From Parcubacteria group bacterium (GTDB lineage Bacteria; Patescibacteriota; Minisyncoccia; UBA6257; JACRHW01): 64,000 nucleotides of DNA. Under the pieces are notes generated by a model that was not told the origin of the DNA, did not search any database, and saw only the letters and a program-made list of their open reading frames with translations. The translations under genes were made by a program, and so were the position numbers. Positions within the stretch are counted from its first letter, which is position 1. Every line of letters starts with the position of its first letter. Shown here in pieces: positions 37,542 to 48,889 of this stretch. Location of the stretch: positions 466 to 64,465 of the forward strand of contig JACRHW010000023.1 in assembly GCA_016217555.1 (NCBI GenBank), given 5' to 3'.

Positions 37542-38654
37542 CTATCTAGCCAATGCCTTTGCACATCTCAGATACAATGCGGCACTCCACAACTGTTCAC
37601 GACTTCCATGCCCTTCTTTATCAATAGGATCATACCACTCGAAAAATCCAGGAAGGGTGTTCCATTTTGCAAACTGAAGTTGCGCAAGATCTCGCATTCC
37701 AGCCTTGAATGCAGCAAGAATCATGAACCCATTGATAAAAGGCCAAATAATACCACGATGGTTGCTACGTTCCATAAGTATTGCTTCTTCGCTTGTTTTT
37801 GGTGGTAACGTCACACTATATAATACATATCCGCAAGAGGTGTTAAAATCTTCAGCTTTTTCAAAAATAAGCGGTATATATTCTGTCGGGGCGATATTAA
37901 AAAGGACGGCAAGTGCGTTGCCAAGAGTATCCCAATCGTCTGTGCCTGGATAGTCTCTATAGTGGGTTCCTGTCCAAAATCTTCGATTGATTTCTGATTT
38001 AATCCATTCCGCTTTTTCGCTGTCTCCACGCATGCGATACATTTGGTAAAGAAAGCAGTTGTTGGTCAAAACTGGTTTTTTATCAAGGTCGGGTCGTGTA
38101 TCACGCCAATCCACTCCACAAATCAGACCATCTCGAAGCAGGTGTGTTTCTATATATGAAATGGCTTTTTGGAGAGATGACTCGAGACGAAGCAAAAAAA
38201 TAGTACTACCCGTTCTTTCAACATATTTAAGAACCCCCAAAACAAATAACATTTCTGAATCTCGTGTCCAAGGACTAAGCCCCTCAACGCCTTCGCTGCT
38301 CAAAAATGCCTTGAGTAAAAAAGACATCCTTTTTTCGCGAAGACTATTACGAATTTTTATGCCCAACCATCGCCACATATCGTCGAGAAACATAATGGGA
38401 ATCTGTCCGTTGGGTTGTTGCCGCCTTGCAAGTTCCAAAAGATGATTTTTTACAATTTCTTCCCCTCCACTATCAAGAAGGATATCTATGCCTGCGATTA
38501 CAAAATCTCTCGTCCAACATTGTTCTTCATATCGAAAAGGACTTGCCCAAACACCACGTCTTCCGACACAACACCCGACAACACCACCGGCCTCGAGAAC
38601 TTTGCTAGTATCACCGAAGATCATAGTAACAACTCCCCCCATTTTAGTTTTCAA
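37542..38654 (-). CDS. Glycoside hydrolase, (alpha/alpha)6-barrel type (glycogen-debranching GDE_C/GH63-like), putative
   Basis: Recall-based similarity of ...FINGFMILAAFKAGMRDLAQ...FFEWYDP... to amylo-alpha-1,6-glucosidase C-terminal domains. Moderate confidence. Confidence 0.45.
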   Translation of the reverse strand: MKTKMGGVVTMIFGDTSKVLEAGGVVGCCVGRRGVWASPFRYEEQCWTRDFVIAGIDILLDSGGEEIVKNHLLELARRQQPNGQIPIMFLDDMWRWLGIKIRNSLREKRMSFLLKAFLSSEGVEGLSPWTRDSEMLFVLGVLKYVERTGSTIFLLRLESSLQKAISYIETHLLRDGLICGVDWRDTRPDLDKKPVLTNNCFLYQMYRMRGDSEKAEWIKSEINRRFWTGTHYRDYPGTDDWDTLGNALAVLFNIAPTEYIPLIFEKAEDFNTSCGYVLYSVTLPPKTSEEAILMERSNHRGIIWPFINGFMILAAFKAGMRDLAQLQFAKWNTLPGFFEWYDPIDKEGHGSREQLWSAALYLRCAKALAR

Positions 38655-38754
38655 ACTAGCAAGATTTCTCTTGCCATGTCTACGATTTTATACCATGACT
38701 ATAAAAAATTATGCAAATAAAAAACCGCCCAGTGGACGGTCGAGTTTTGTTGCC

Positions 38755-39066
38755 CTAATTCTTTTGATGCTCTTCTCTTACTGCCCTTCCGACGCATACC
38801 GCAAGACAAAAGATACTAAGAAAAGCCGTTGCATAAAAAATGAACACGACTGCCAATGCTAAACCAACTCCACCCATAACATCTCCTGCCTGAGTAGTTC
38901 TAATATCAGCCCAGCAATAAACAAGGTACGATGCGGCGAAAAGAGATATCAACGTAGTTATTTGAAAAAATCTTTTCGAAGCGAAATAGCCTGTACACAA
39001 ACCCCAAAAAAATACTGACAAGGGCAAGAAAGGAGAGAAGAGAAATTTCGTAAAGAGCTCCTCCAT
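38755..39066 (-). CDS. Hypothetical small membrane protein (alternative overlapping ORF 38906..39130 exists)
   Basis: Three hydrophobic segments. Only one of the two overlapping frames can be real. Confidence 0.3.
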   Translation of the reverse strand: MEELFTKFLFSPFLPLSVFFWGLCTGYFASKRFFQITTLISLFAASYLVYCWADIRTTQAGDVMGGVGLALAVVFIFYATAFLSIFCLAVCVGRAVREEHQKN

Positions 39067-39185
39067 AAAGGTATCCTCCTATTTTCTTTGAACTAAAATA
39101 AGGATAGCGTAAGTTTTTAGAAATGTCCATCCAGCGTATTAAATATCTGACGATCGTTATGAATTTGATTATGTATAACCCAGCA

Positions 39186-39209
39186 GGTGGTATGATGCAT
39201 CATACCACC
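39186..39209. repeat. Perfect 24-bp palindrome GGTGGTATGATG|CATCATACCACC
   Basis: Read directly. No loop and no T-run. Lies in the intergenic region downstream of comEC. Confidence 0.5.
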
Positions 39210-39251
39210 CCATGATCCATGCCCCGTGCCACACAATTCAAAGGCCATAGC

Positions 39252-40442
39252 CTATCGTTTTCCATATCGTACTGACCAGAAGCGAGAGACAAAAATTGCG
39301 AGAAAAGAATAGTAGAAAACTATAAACACAAGTGATGCATTCCCCAAACTAAAGTGGAGTAAAAGCGGTATGCGTGAAAAATAATGGATCACGCTTAGTT
39401 CGTATCCAATACAAAATGATGCCAACATACCTACCACGCTTCCCAAAAATGTGCTTATGAATCCAACAAGCCCTGTAAGAAATACAATAAGCATAGTAAA
39501 CGGGATTGCAAAAAGAATAAGAATGTTTGTTATAAAGGCGAGCAGAGAAAAAGAATGAAACGTTGTAATGAGAATAGGAAATGCCATGATTTGGCTTGCA
39601 AGCGTCGAATAAAATTGCGAACGCCAATCAAGAAACGATTTCCCCCCTCCCCATCTTTTCTCAAAGATTGGTGAAAGATAGGTAATGCCAAGTGTAGAAA
39701 GAAAGGAGAGTTGAAACCCAATATCAAGTGCCACCACGTCGGGATTAAAAAGTACCATTCCGAACGCTGCACATAAAATGGCCCTTCGAAAGTGATACCT
39801 TCTCCCTATGAATTGTGCAATGAGAAGAAGTTCCCCCATCACTGCTGCACGCACCAGTGACGCCTCCCCTCCTACCATAATAACGAAGAGAATAACAAGA
39901 ATGCTCGAAACAATAAGTGCAAGTTTTCTATGAAAACGCAAAAAAAGTAAAAAACCAAAAAGGTAGAGACTTATAACCGAAATATTAAATCCGGAAAGTG
40001 CAATGAGGTGTGTAGTCCCCGTTGCGCGCATTTCATTTAAAAGAGAGCTAGGGAGCCCTGCCTTACCCATGAGGAGAGAAACGCCAAAAGAAGCATAAGG
40101 CTCAGGCAGAGCGCGAGTAATATTTTGTGTAAACGCGTTTTTTGTGACAAGTAGATTATTATCTATTACATCGATAGTTTTCTTAATACCTTGTGGAAAT
40201 TGCCATTGCGACACCATAACTATTTGTCGATAAAGCATTGCTCCGGCAAGACATTGTAAGACGATGAGAATAAGTACGGTAGTTTTAAGTAGTTTTTTCT
40301 GCGTAAATAAAATGATGGCATCAATAGCGAAAAGGAAAATAAGATACCACACTATTTCACGCGCACCCAAAAAGGGAGCCACTAGGCTCCCTCCAATAAA
40401 TCCGATCAAAATAGTATCCACCTCCTCCTGAAATACCACCAT
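39252..40442 (-). CDS. comEC: ComEC/Rec2-family DNA internalization channel (competence domain only)
   Basis: Polytopic. The GTTHLIALSGFNISV motif corresponds to the ComEC competence-domain signature (G..HL.AISG.H). Confidence 0.65.
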   Translation of the reverse strand: MVVFQEEVDTILIGFIGGSLVAPFLGAREIVWYLIFLFAIDAIILFTQKKLLKTTVLILIVLQCLAGAMLYRQIVMVSQWQFPQGIKKTIDVIDNNLLVTKNAFTQNITRALPEPYASFGVSLLMGKAGLPSSLLNEMRATGTTHLIALSGFNISVISLYLFGFLLFLRFHRKLALIVSSILVILFVIMVGGEASLVRAAVMGELLLIAQFIGRRYHFRRAILCAAFGMVLFNPDVVALDIGFQLSFLSTLGITYLSPIFEKRWGGGKSFLDWRSQFYSTLASQIMAFPILITTFHSFSLLAFITNILILFAIPFTMLIVFLTGLVGFISTFLGSVVGMLASFCIGYELSVIHYFSRIPLLLHFSLGNASLVFIVFYYSFLAIFVSRFWSVRYGKR

Positions 40443-40453
40443 AAAACATTTAT

Positions 40454-41737
40454 TTAGTACTCCTCGAGTTTACCAATCTCATCGTGATCGCGAATTTTAC
40501 TTAACGCCTTCGCTTCAATTTGACGAATACGTTCACGTGTCACGCCAAACTCTTTTCCCACCTCCTCAAGCGTGTGTGTAATACCATCATCGAGTCCAAA
40601 TCGCATCCCCAAAATTTTTTGCTCGCGAGGAGTGAGATCACGAAGAATTTCAGCAAGCTTGTCCCTCAAAAGACGTTGTGCCGCAGACTGTACAGGAGTT
40701 ATGGTTTTCTCATCCTTGATAAATTCACCAAGTGTTGAGTCCTTATCATCATCACCTACGGGCGATTCAAGCGACACCGTCTCCTGTGAAATTTTCATGA
40801 TATGGTGCGCCTTATCGATATCAATACCCATTTCTGATGCAATCTCTGCCGGTAGCGGTTCCCGTCCCAAGTCTTGTTGGAGGCGGCGCTTTACCTGAAG
40901 AAACTTCGAAATCGTTTCAACCATGTGGACTGGAATACGAATAGTACGCGCCTGATCAGCCAAAGCACGCGTAATTGCCTGCCTAATCCACCATGTTGCA
41001 TAGGTTGAAAACTTGAACCCTCTTCGATAATCAAACTTATCTACCGCACGCGAAAGCCCAATATTCCCCTCTTGAATGAGATCAAGGAGTGTAAGATGTG
41101 GACTGCGACCTACATATTTTTTTGCAAAAGAAACCACGAGCTTAAGGTTTGCCTGGATAAGTTTCTGGCGCGCCTCCTCATCGCCCGCCTCGATACGTTT
41201 TGCAAATGCTTTTTCTTCATCCCCAGTAAGAAGCGGAATCTTTCCTATCTCCCGAAGATATGCCTGCACCGCATCCGAAAGTTCCATGCCTGGGGGAATT
41301 TCTGTAGCTCGATTAAGTTCCTCTTTTGAAATCTCCTCTTGTTGCTGTAACTCAAGAAATTCACGCGCCTCAATTACCTCAATATTCGCCTTCTCAAAAG
41401 ATTCATAAAGCTCCTCGAGAAGCACAAGATCGGTTTCAACACGTGGAAAATAATGCAAAATCTCTGACTCGGTCACAAATCCACGCTCTCTCCCGCGTCG
41501 CATAAGTTCCTCAACAAGTTGCTGTTTCTTCTCTGGAGTAAGTTTTTCGTATACTTCGGCGGGTGCACCTTTTTGCTCCGAAGAACGTGCCTCCTTTCGC
41601 GCATCTGCTGTACGCTTTAAATTTTTAACTTTATGCGTAGAAGAAGTTTTATGCACCACCTGTTTATGCCTATTCGGTTTTGATTTTATGGAAGAAGTTT
41701 TTTTAATTGTTTTCTTCTGTTTTTTTACCTTTGGCAT
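40454..41737 (-). CDS. rpoD: RNA polymerase primary sigma factor (sigma-70/RpoD)
   Basis: Region 2 ([40 protein letters not shown]), region 4 HTH ([20 protein letters not shown]), and a basic N-terminal extension. Confidence 0.9.
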   Translation of the reverse strand: MPKVKKQKKTIKKTSSIKSKPNRHKQVVHKTSSTHKVKNLKRTADARKEARSSEQKGAPAEVYEKLTPEKKQQLVEELMRRGRERGFVTESEILHYFPRVETDLVLLEELYESFEKANIEVIEAREFLELQQQEEISKEELNRATEIPPGMELSDAVQAYLREIGKIPLLTGDEEKAFAKRIEAGDEEARQKLIQANLKLVVSFAKKYVGRSPHLTLLDLIQEGNIGLSRAVDKFDYRRGFKFSTYATWWIRQAITRALADQARTIRIPVHMVETISKFLQVKRRLQQDLGREPLPAEIASEMGIDIDKAHHIMKISQETVSLESPVGDDDKDSTLGEFIKDEKTITPVQSAAQRLLRDKLAEILRDLTPREQKILGMRFGLDDGITHTLEEVGKEFGVTRERIRQIEAKALSKIRDHDEIGKLEEY

Positions 41738-41785
41738 ACTTGTTTTGGAAATTAGTAATTAAAAATTAGATTCCATAGCATACCA

Positions 41786-43579
41786 CTATTGTTTCTCTAA
41801 TTCAACCTTTTGCAAATCGGCAAGAAGAAGGGAGATTTCATGAAGTCGCACAGCAACGCCCGCCTCATCACCCTCCTTCTCGAGCATATTAATTTCTGCA
41901 TTTTTTTGTTTAATACGTTCATGAATTGCCTCAAGTTTATATTCCCGTACTACTCGCACAAGTTCATCCTCCCAAGACGTCTCACCAAGAAAAGATTCTA
42001 AGTAGCTCTTCATAAGTATAATTTTTGGATCAACATCTTTCTGACCAAACGTATTATCTTTAAAACTAGGCAACATTTTCTTATGTGTCCCGTGTGCATA
42101 CTCTTCAAGTGTCACAAGTGTAGGGGCAAGTTCTGGCTTATACATTACAAGGGTCACAATCTCATCAAAAAGGAGATCAAGCCGACCAAGTATTGCAATA
42201 TGTCGTTCCTGTACTGGAGAAGTCACCACCTCATCTCTACGATACCCATTTTCACTCTCATATGCCTTTTTCCGCATTATTTCTTCAAGGTCGCGCCGCA
42301 AATCGTCTATACTTACTCGCGCCGCATCTGCAACAGTATTTAACCAATGACCACGTTCTGTAGCAGAAGCAATTGTCGCTACCTTCTCCAAAAACGCCCG
42401 TACTGCTATAAATTTTTTTTGTGCGCCATCACCATCTAACCCCTTAAGAATTATTGGTGTAAGCAGGGTGTGAAAAAAATAATCAGTTGCAGGAATACTT
42501 TCTTTTTCAAATACCTCTGGCGTAACTGATTTCCCTATAAAATACTCGCCAGGATCTTTTCCCTCAAGGATGCGCACAATGCGTGGTTCAAATCCGGCAA
42601 ACTGCGCCATTTCAATTGCACGTTCCGTTGCATGTTGCCCTGCGATATCTGCATCAAAAACAAATATCAAACGCTTGGTGAGATATTTAAGCTGAGTCAA
42701 GTGTTCCTGCGTCATCGCCGTTCCGGAGGTTGCAACCACATTTTTAAGCCCCGCTTGATAACTCATCAAAAAATCCATCTGCCCCTCCACAAATACACAT
42801 GCGTTCTGTTCCCGTATTGCATGCTTCGTAGTTGAAAATCCATAAAGCAACTTGCTCTTATTAAAAATAGCCGTCTCGGGAGTATTCACATACTTCCCCT
42901 CCCGCTCTCCACGCTCTTTAAGACGAATTGCATCGGTCTCAAAAATTCTCCCCGTAAACCCAACTGTCCTCCCCAAGCGATCCTCGATCGGAAACATAAT
43001 ACGTCCTCGAAATCGATCATGGGTATCACCCCCTTTTCTCAAAAACAATCCTGCCGCCTCGCCTTTTTCAATCGGGATACGCCGAGAGATAAAATACTTC
43101 TTTAATAGCTCGGATTGAGAGGGAATATACCCAAGCTTAAACTCACGTATCGTCTCCTCCTTGAGTCCTCTCTTCGTAAGATAATCGAGTGCATCTTTTC
43201 CTGCTGGGCTAAAAAGAATTGCTGAAAAATACTGCGCCGCAAAGTCACAAATGCCATACAAATCTTTATCAATCTGTGCATACGACCCACGCCGATAGTC
43301 ATCGAGCGTCACCCCCGCCTTATCTGCCAAAATACGGAGTGCCTCAGGAAACTCGATATTCTCAAACTTTATTAAAAACCCAAAGGCATCACCTCCTACT
43401 CCACATCCAAAACAATGCCAAATCTGCTTTTCAGGAGAGACAAAAAACGAAGGCGACTTCTCCTTATGAAAAGGACACGCCCCCTTATAATTAATCCCTG
43501 CCTTAGTAAGTTTGATATATCCTTGCAAAAAACTTACTAAATCAAGCCGCTCTTTGATTGTCTCCGTTGGTGAATTCAT
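41786..43579 (-). CDS. dnaG: DNA primase
   Basis: Zinc ribbon CPFHKEKSPSFFVSPEKQIWHCFGCGVGGD and TOPRIM region. The dnaG-rpoD gene order is conserved. Confidence 0.9.
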   Translation of the reverse strand: MNSPTETIKERLDLVSFLQGYIKLTKAGINYKGACPFHKEKSPSFFVSPEKQIWHCFGCGVGGDAFGFLIKFENIEFPEALRILADKAGVTLDDYRRGSYAQIDKDLYGICDFAAQYFSAILFSPAGKDALDYLTKRGLKEETIREFKLGYIPSQSELLKKYFISRRIPIEKGEAAGLFLRKGGDTHDRFRGRIMFPIEDRLGRTVGFTGRIFETDAIRLKERGEREGKYVNTPETAIFNKSKLLYGFSTTKHAIREQNACVFVEGQMDFLMSYQAGLKNVVATSGTAMTQEHLTQLKYLTKRLIFVFDADIAGQHATERAIEMAQFAGFEPRIVRILEGKDPGEYFIGKSVTPEVFEKESIPATDYFFHTLLTPIILKGLDGDGAQKKFIAVRAFLEKVATIASATERGHWLNTVADAARVSIDDLRRDLEEIMRKKAYESENGYRRDEVVTSPVQERHIAILGRLDLLFDEIVTLVMYKPELAPTLVTLEEYAHGTHKKMLPSFKDNTFGQKDVDPKIILMKSYLESFLGETSWEDELVRVVREYKLEAIHERIKQKNAEINMLEKEGDEAGVAVRLHEISLLLADLQKVELEKQ

Positions 43580-43775
43580 AGTTTTATACTACGCAATCTC
43601 TAAAAGAGTTGCAAAACATAAAAACAAGCCTACCATACCATCCTAACACCTAGAAGCTAAAAGCTAACCCCTCGTTCATTATCCCACAATCAAAAATCCC
43701 CATACTCTTGCTAAAAATTACAAACCATGCTAACCTATCTACAGCCCATTTACAACAAGAAGGGGGGTGAACACA

Positions 43776-43960
43776 TGAAGATCAACTGGAGAAACTTTTT
43801 TATTCTCTCGTTCAACCTACTCATAGGTCTCGTAGGTATGGTTATCTTTAGCACGATCATGTTTATATCTGGTATCTCTCACCCCAGTAGTCTCATCTTT
43901 GCTTATCTTATGGGATCATTGATCTTGATCGGATGGTTCAGTCCAAGTATTTTTAAGTAG
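43776..43960 (+). CDS. Small two-TM membrane protein, paralog A (in-frame TAG followed by a homologous start-less unit B to 44125)
   Basis: SD GAAGGGGGGTG. MKINWRNFF N-terminus is shared with paralog C. The downstream same-frame segment ends ...CPPIFEKKN like paralog C (...GPPMFEKQIKK). Confidence 0.5.
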
Positions 43961-44137
43961 GTACTCAATACTCGTTTTGTACTTGCAACCATAGTAGTAA
44001 CGTTTCTCCTATTAGGTCTGTCTGGATATTCTGTATACGATACCTATATTCAAGTTCAAGTAGTAGTCACTTCATTGGTGCTCGGACTGATACTTTGTCC
44101 ACCAATATTTGAAAAGAAGAACTAAAAATGTAAGCCC

Positions 44138-44168
44138 CAAAGCCCTTGCGCATCGCAAGGCTTTTTTA
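44138..44168 (+). terminator. Rho-independent terminator
   Basis: AAAGCCCTTGCG-CATC-GCAAGGCTTTTTT. Confidence 0.6.
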
Positions 44169-44299
44169 TTTCCCCCGCTATGCCACGGCATAGTGCCATT
44201 TCCTTCTTCAGCACTATGCGACCACATAGTGGACATCGTTGTATAGCCATGATATTAAGACACTAGTTCCGTAAAAATAAAATGTGGGGTGGATACACA

Positions 44300-44487
44300 T
44301 GAAAATTATCTGGAAAAATTTTTTTATTAGCTCCTGTCTTATGTTTATAAACATAGCTATCGTGCACATTATGCTGGCCCCATTAAAAATTCCTGCTGCA
44401 GACGTTTCTTTTACCGCCATAATTACGTCGGTATTAGTTAGTCTGTTTGTCGGTCCACCCATGTTTGAAAAACAAATTAAAAAATAA
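44300..44487 (+). CDS. Small two-TM membrane protein, paralog C
   Basis: SD TGGGGTGG. MKIIWKNFF N-terminus. 61 aa. Confidence 0.5.
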
Positions 44488-44490
44488 ACC

Positions 44491-44522
44491 AAAAGACCAT
44501 GCGTAATGCAAGGTCTTTTTTC
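44491..44522 (+). terminator. Rho-independent terminator
   Basis: AAGACC-ATGCGTAATGCA-AGGTCTTTTTT. Confidence 0.5.
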
Positions 44523-44675
44523 GTTCAATTCTGCTATTAGCTAGTTTGGTAGGGCATACGCATTTGGATGCAGTACAAGGAAAACGCGAGGAACGGAGTA
44601 AGCTGTATTTCAGATGATACAGCGTCGAGTACTAGAGCGTTTGACGAAGTAGTGCGCCGAATGCGTATGTTCTCT

Positions 44676-46364
<1,689 letters not shown>

Positions 46365-46447
46365 TTAGGTGTTAGCTTTTAGGGATAGCCGAAACGAAAC
46401 TAACTCTCTACGCCCCCAATAAACTAATACACTAAAACCCAACAAAC

Positions 46448-46741
46448 TTATTCTGCTAATACTGCGAGGATTTCACTCTCTCGCACGACAAGATATTCTT
46501 TTTGATCGACCTTAACTTCATTAGGAGCATATTTGGTAAAAAGGATCATATCGCCCTTCTTTACGCTCATGGGAATAAGTTCACCCTTCTCACTCACCTT
46601 ACCAGGACCTACGGCTACCACCTTCCCACGCATAGGTTTTTCCTTATCGGCCGTGTCGGGTAAGACAATACCGCTTTTTGTCTTTGCCTCCTCCTTTGCG
46701 GATTCTACAAAGACATGATCAGACAATGGCTGGATCTTCAT
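46448..46741 (-). CDS. groS: Co-chaperonin GroES (Hsp10)
   Basis: MKIQPLSDHVFVE...GIVLPDTA...KGDMILF canonical GroES. Confidence 0.95.
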   Translation of the reverse strand: MKIQPLSDHVFVESAKEEAKTKSGIVLPDTADKEKPMRGKVVAVGPGKVSEKGELIPMSVKKGDMILFTKYAPNEVKVDQKEYLVVRESEILAVLAE

Positions 46742-46828
46742 ATTTTAGCTTTTAGCTTTTAGCTTTTAGCTTTTAGGAACCCCTAACGAACTAACACACT
46801 AAAACCTAATAGTCTTTTAAATTTGTAA

Positions 46829-46855
46829 TTGGCACTCTCGACATATGAGTGCTAA
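46829..46855. promoter_or_regulatory. CIRCE operator (HrcA binding site) upstream of groES: TTGGCACTC-N9-GAGTGCTAA
   Basis: Matches the CIRCE consensus TTAGCACTC-N9-GAGTGCTAA at 17 of 18 positions. 88 nt upstream of the groES ATG. Confidence 0.85.
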
Positions 46856-47259
46856 ATGATTGTAGTTCAAGATATGGTCTCCTGTCAACAAAAAAATAAA
46901 GTAACAAATATGAGGAACCCCTCGACCTTGCTCGGAGTCTTTTTTGCTTTTTAAAAAGCAAAAAAGAAAACCGCCCCAAGGAACGGTTCACAATAATTAC
47001 TTCTTATAGGGACTCTTCAGATACGCCAACACATTTTTCGGATCCGCCCACTTTTCCACAAAAGGCAAACATAGATCGCCAGAACCAAGTCCCACATTAT
47101 CACGAATACTGTCATTCGTAAAAAAAATTCTAACCCCATTAAGTTGTCGCGAAATTTCCCGAGCAACATTATGATTTTTGGAACAAGCTTGACTAAATCG
47201 GTAAACAATATAAAGTCAAAGATTGCCCTTGCAGAAGAAAATCAAAGAACTCTTTTATC

Positions 47260-47295
47260 ACCTCCTTTTACTCACGATCGTGAGTAAAAGGAGGT
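47260..47295. repeat. Perfect 36-bp palindrome ACCTCCTTTTACTCACGA|TCGTGAGTAAAAGGAGGT combining an anti-SD-like arm (CACCTCCTTT) with an SD-like arm (AAGGAGGT)
   Basis: Read directly. Lies in a ~1-kb stretch (46860-47910) without convincing ORFs. Confidence 0.5.
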
Positions 47296-47911
47296 TGGAA
47301 GTTTTGTTTAGCGCATGCAAAACTCCCACGCGTATGAACGACGTAACGAGAGCGGAAGTTGCACGAAAGAACACGGCGCTGGAATGACAGCTAAGTAAAA
47401 TACAAAGAGAGCGTTATGCTCTCCTGACTATTTAAAACTATTACTTAAAATTCTTAAAAAGATTAGAAAAAAAAGTTTGAAACTCCTTTTCTCCTATAGT
47501 AAAACTTGGTGCATAAAAAGATCTTGGAGGTGTCCAATCACGTACAATTTTTGCGCATGCTTCGAGGAGCGTCATATCACCAAAGAGAATTTTCCATTCT
47601 TCGTTATTTTTTATTTTAAAAAGATCCTCTTGGCGAAATCGATGTAATGTGTAGAGAAGTTGAATTACTTCATATGGGGTAAGATTTACAAAAAGAGCGT
47701 GCCATGTGGTATGAAGCTTGCCATGAATCCTTTTTATGTTTCGTTTGTCGCTCTTCTTTGTTATCCCAAGTTACCGACTTCTTGGAATGAGATGATGACT
47801 TGTCTTTACCAAAAACCATCACCCCCCTTCTTTTCCTTACAATTTTCAAACCAGAGCCTACTCTAAAAATATCAAAGTTTTAATGGTTGTGCAACACACC
47901 ACTCCATACGT

Positions 47912-48889
47912 TTACCATAATTTTGTAAAATAGTTTTTGAGAATTTCTTTGAGACGTGCATGGCGTTTTTCAAGATTGGGGTGAAGGTTAAGTTCGTGCG
48001 GTGTCGCAAATAAATTTTGTTCCTCTGGAATTCTTTTCTTTTGCCATTCATACATATTTTTTTCAAGAACATCCCCCATACGTCCGCAAAAAATGAATTC
48101 TAGGAATGCGCGGATAGGATTCCAAGAATACACAACACGTGGACGTTCGGAGTAGCGGACACGTTCTTCAAACGAGGAGCGGAAAAAATAATCACGAATC
48201 CATTCATTTGCCTGGAAAAAATGATTTATAAGTGTTTCGTCACGCATGTACACAGGAACAAGTCGTGTATAAAGAAACATCCCCTCTACAAGCCGATCTT
48301 TCATAACAAGTGAACTCGAAGAGAGATAGTGATTAAGACATATCTTATTCTTTATCTCGATATCTGTATGTTTTGGTTTTCTTCGAATACCAAGCATATC
48401 AAAAAAAATAACGGAAAAAAGTCGTAAGGTATACAAACGATTAGGCTGACTAATTACCAGAAAGTCAAAATCAGAATTCTCGCGCACCGTACCCGCCGCC
48501 AAGGAACCAGAGACGAAAACGCCTTGAATAAACGGGAGGAAACGAAAAAGTGATACATGTTTTTTTACCCCCCTCCATTTCTGATCAAGAATACCATCCG
48601 TTGCAATACGATAAGCACCAAATACTTTATGGGTATTTTGAAGAAAAGAAAAAAAGTAAAAACCATGCTCTTCGCGAACAATACCAAGACCCTTGAGTTG
48701 GTCCAACACATCGAGAATATCTGCATACGATATATCTCGTTCCGCACACGTGGTCACCAGCCGTGGCTTGAGGAGAGAGGAGAAAAGTTCAAACGAAGTA
48801 GGATAAATTTTTAATGCATTGAAACAAGTAAGGGTGGTAAGGAGGGCCTCCTCGAGAGAAGAAAACGTATGCTTCGCTATCATTGTCAT
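47912..48889 (-). CDS. Nucleotidyltransferase-domain protein (Pol-beta superfamily)
   Basis: GSLAAGTVRENSDFDFLVI matches the GS-x9-13-DxD nucleotidyltransferase motif. 325 aa. Confidence 0.55.
   Translation of the reverse strand: MTMIAKHTFSSLEEALLTTLTCFNALKIYPTSFELFSSLLKPRLVTTCAERDISYADILDVLDQLKGLGIVREEHGFYFFSFLQNTHKVFGAYRIATDGILDQKWRGVKKHVSLFRFLPFIQGVFVSGSLAAGTVRENSDFDFLVISQPNRLYTLRLFSVIFFDMLGIRRKPKHTDIEIKNKICLNHYLSSSSLVMKDRLVEGMFLYTRLVPVYMRDETLINHFFQANEWIRDYFFRSSFEERVRYSERPRVVYSWNPIRAFLEFIFCGRMGDVLEKNMYEWQKKRIPEEQNLFATPHELNLHPNLEKRHARLKEILKNYFTKLW

Noticed and set aside
46745-46776. Possible CRISPR array suggested by short tandem repeats (TAGCTTTT x4; TTAGGTGTTAGCTT x2 at 46355-46382)
   Set aside because: Units are only 8-14 nt, directly abutting with no unique spacers, and sit in gene leaders. 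They are not CRISPR-like. No cas genes are present.
46806-46991. 61-aa ORF overlapping the groES CIRCE operator; also the 63-aa ORF at 47017..47208
   Set aside because: They overlap a well-defined regulatory site or have no RBS, with odd composition. The region is better treated as non-coding or decayed.
47254-47266. 16S rRNA 3' end (ATCACCTCCTTTT resembles GATCACCTCCTTT)
   Set aside because: No upstream 16S sequence (e.g. GTCGTAACAAGGTA) or other rRNA signatures. It is one arm of a perfect palindrome, so it is an SD/anti-SD mimic rather than an rRNA gene.
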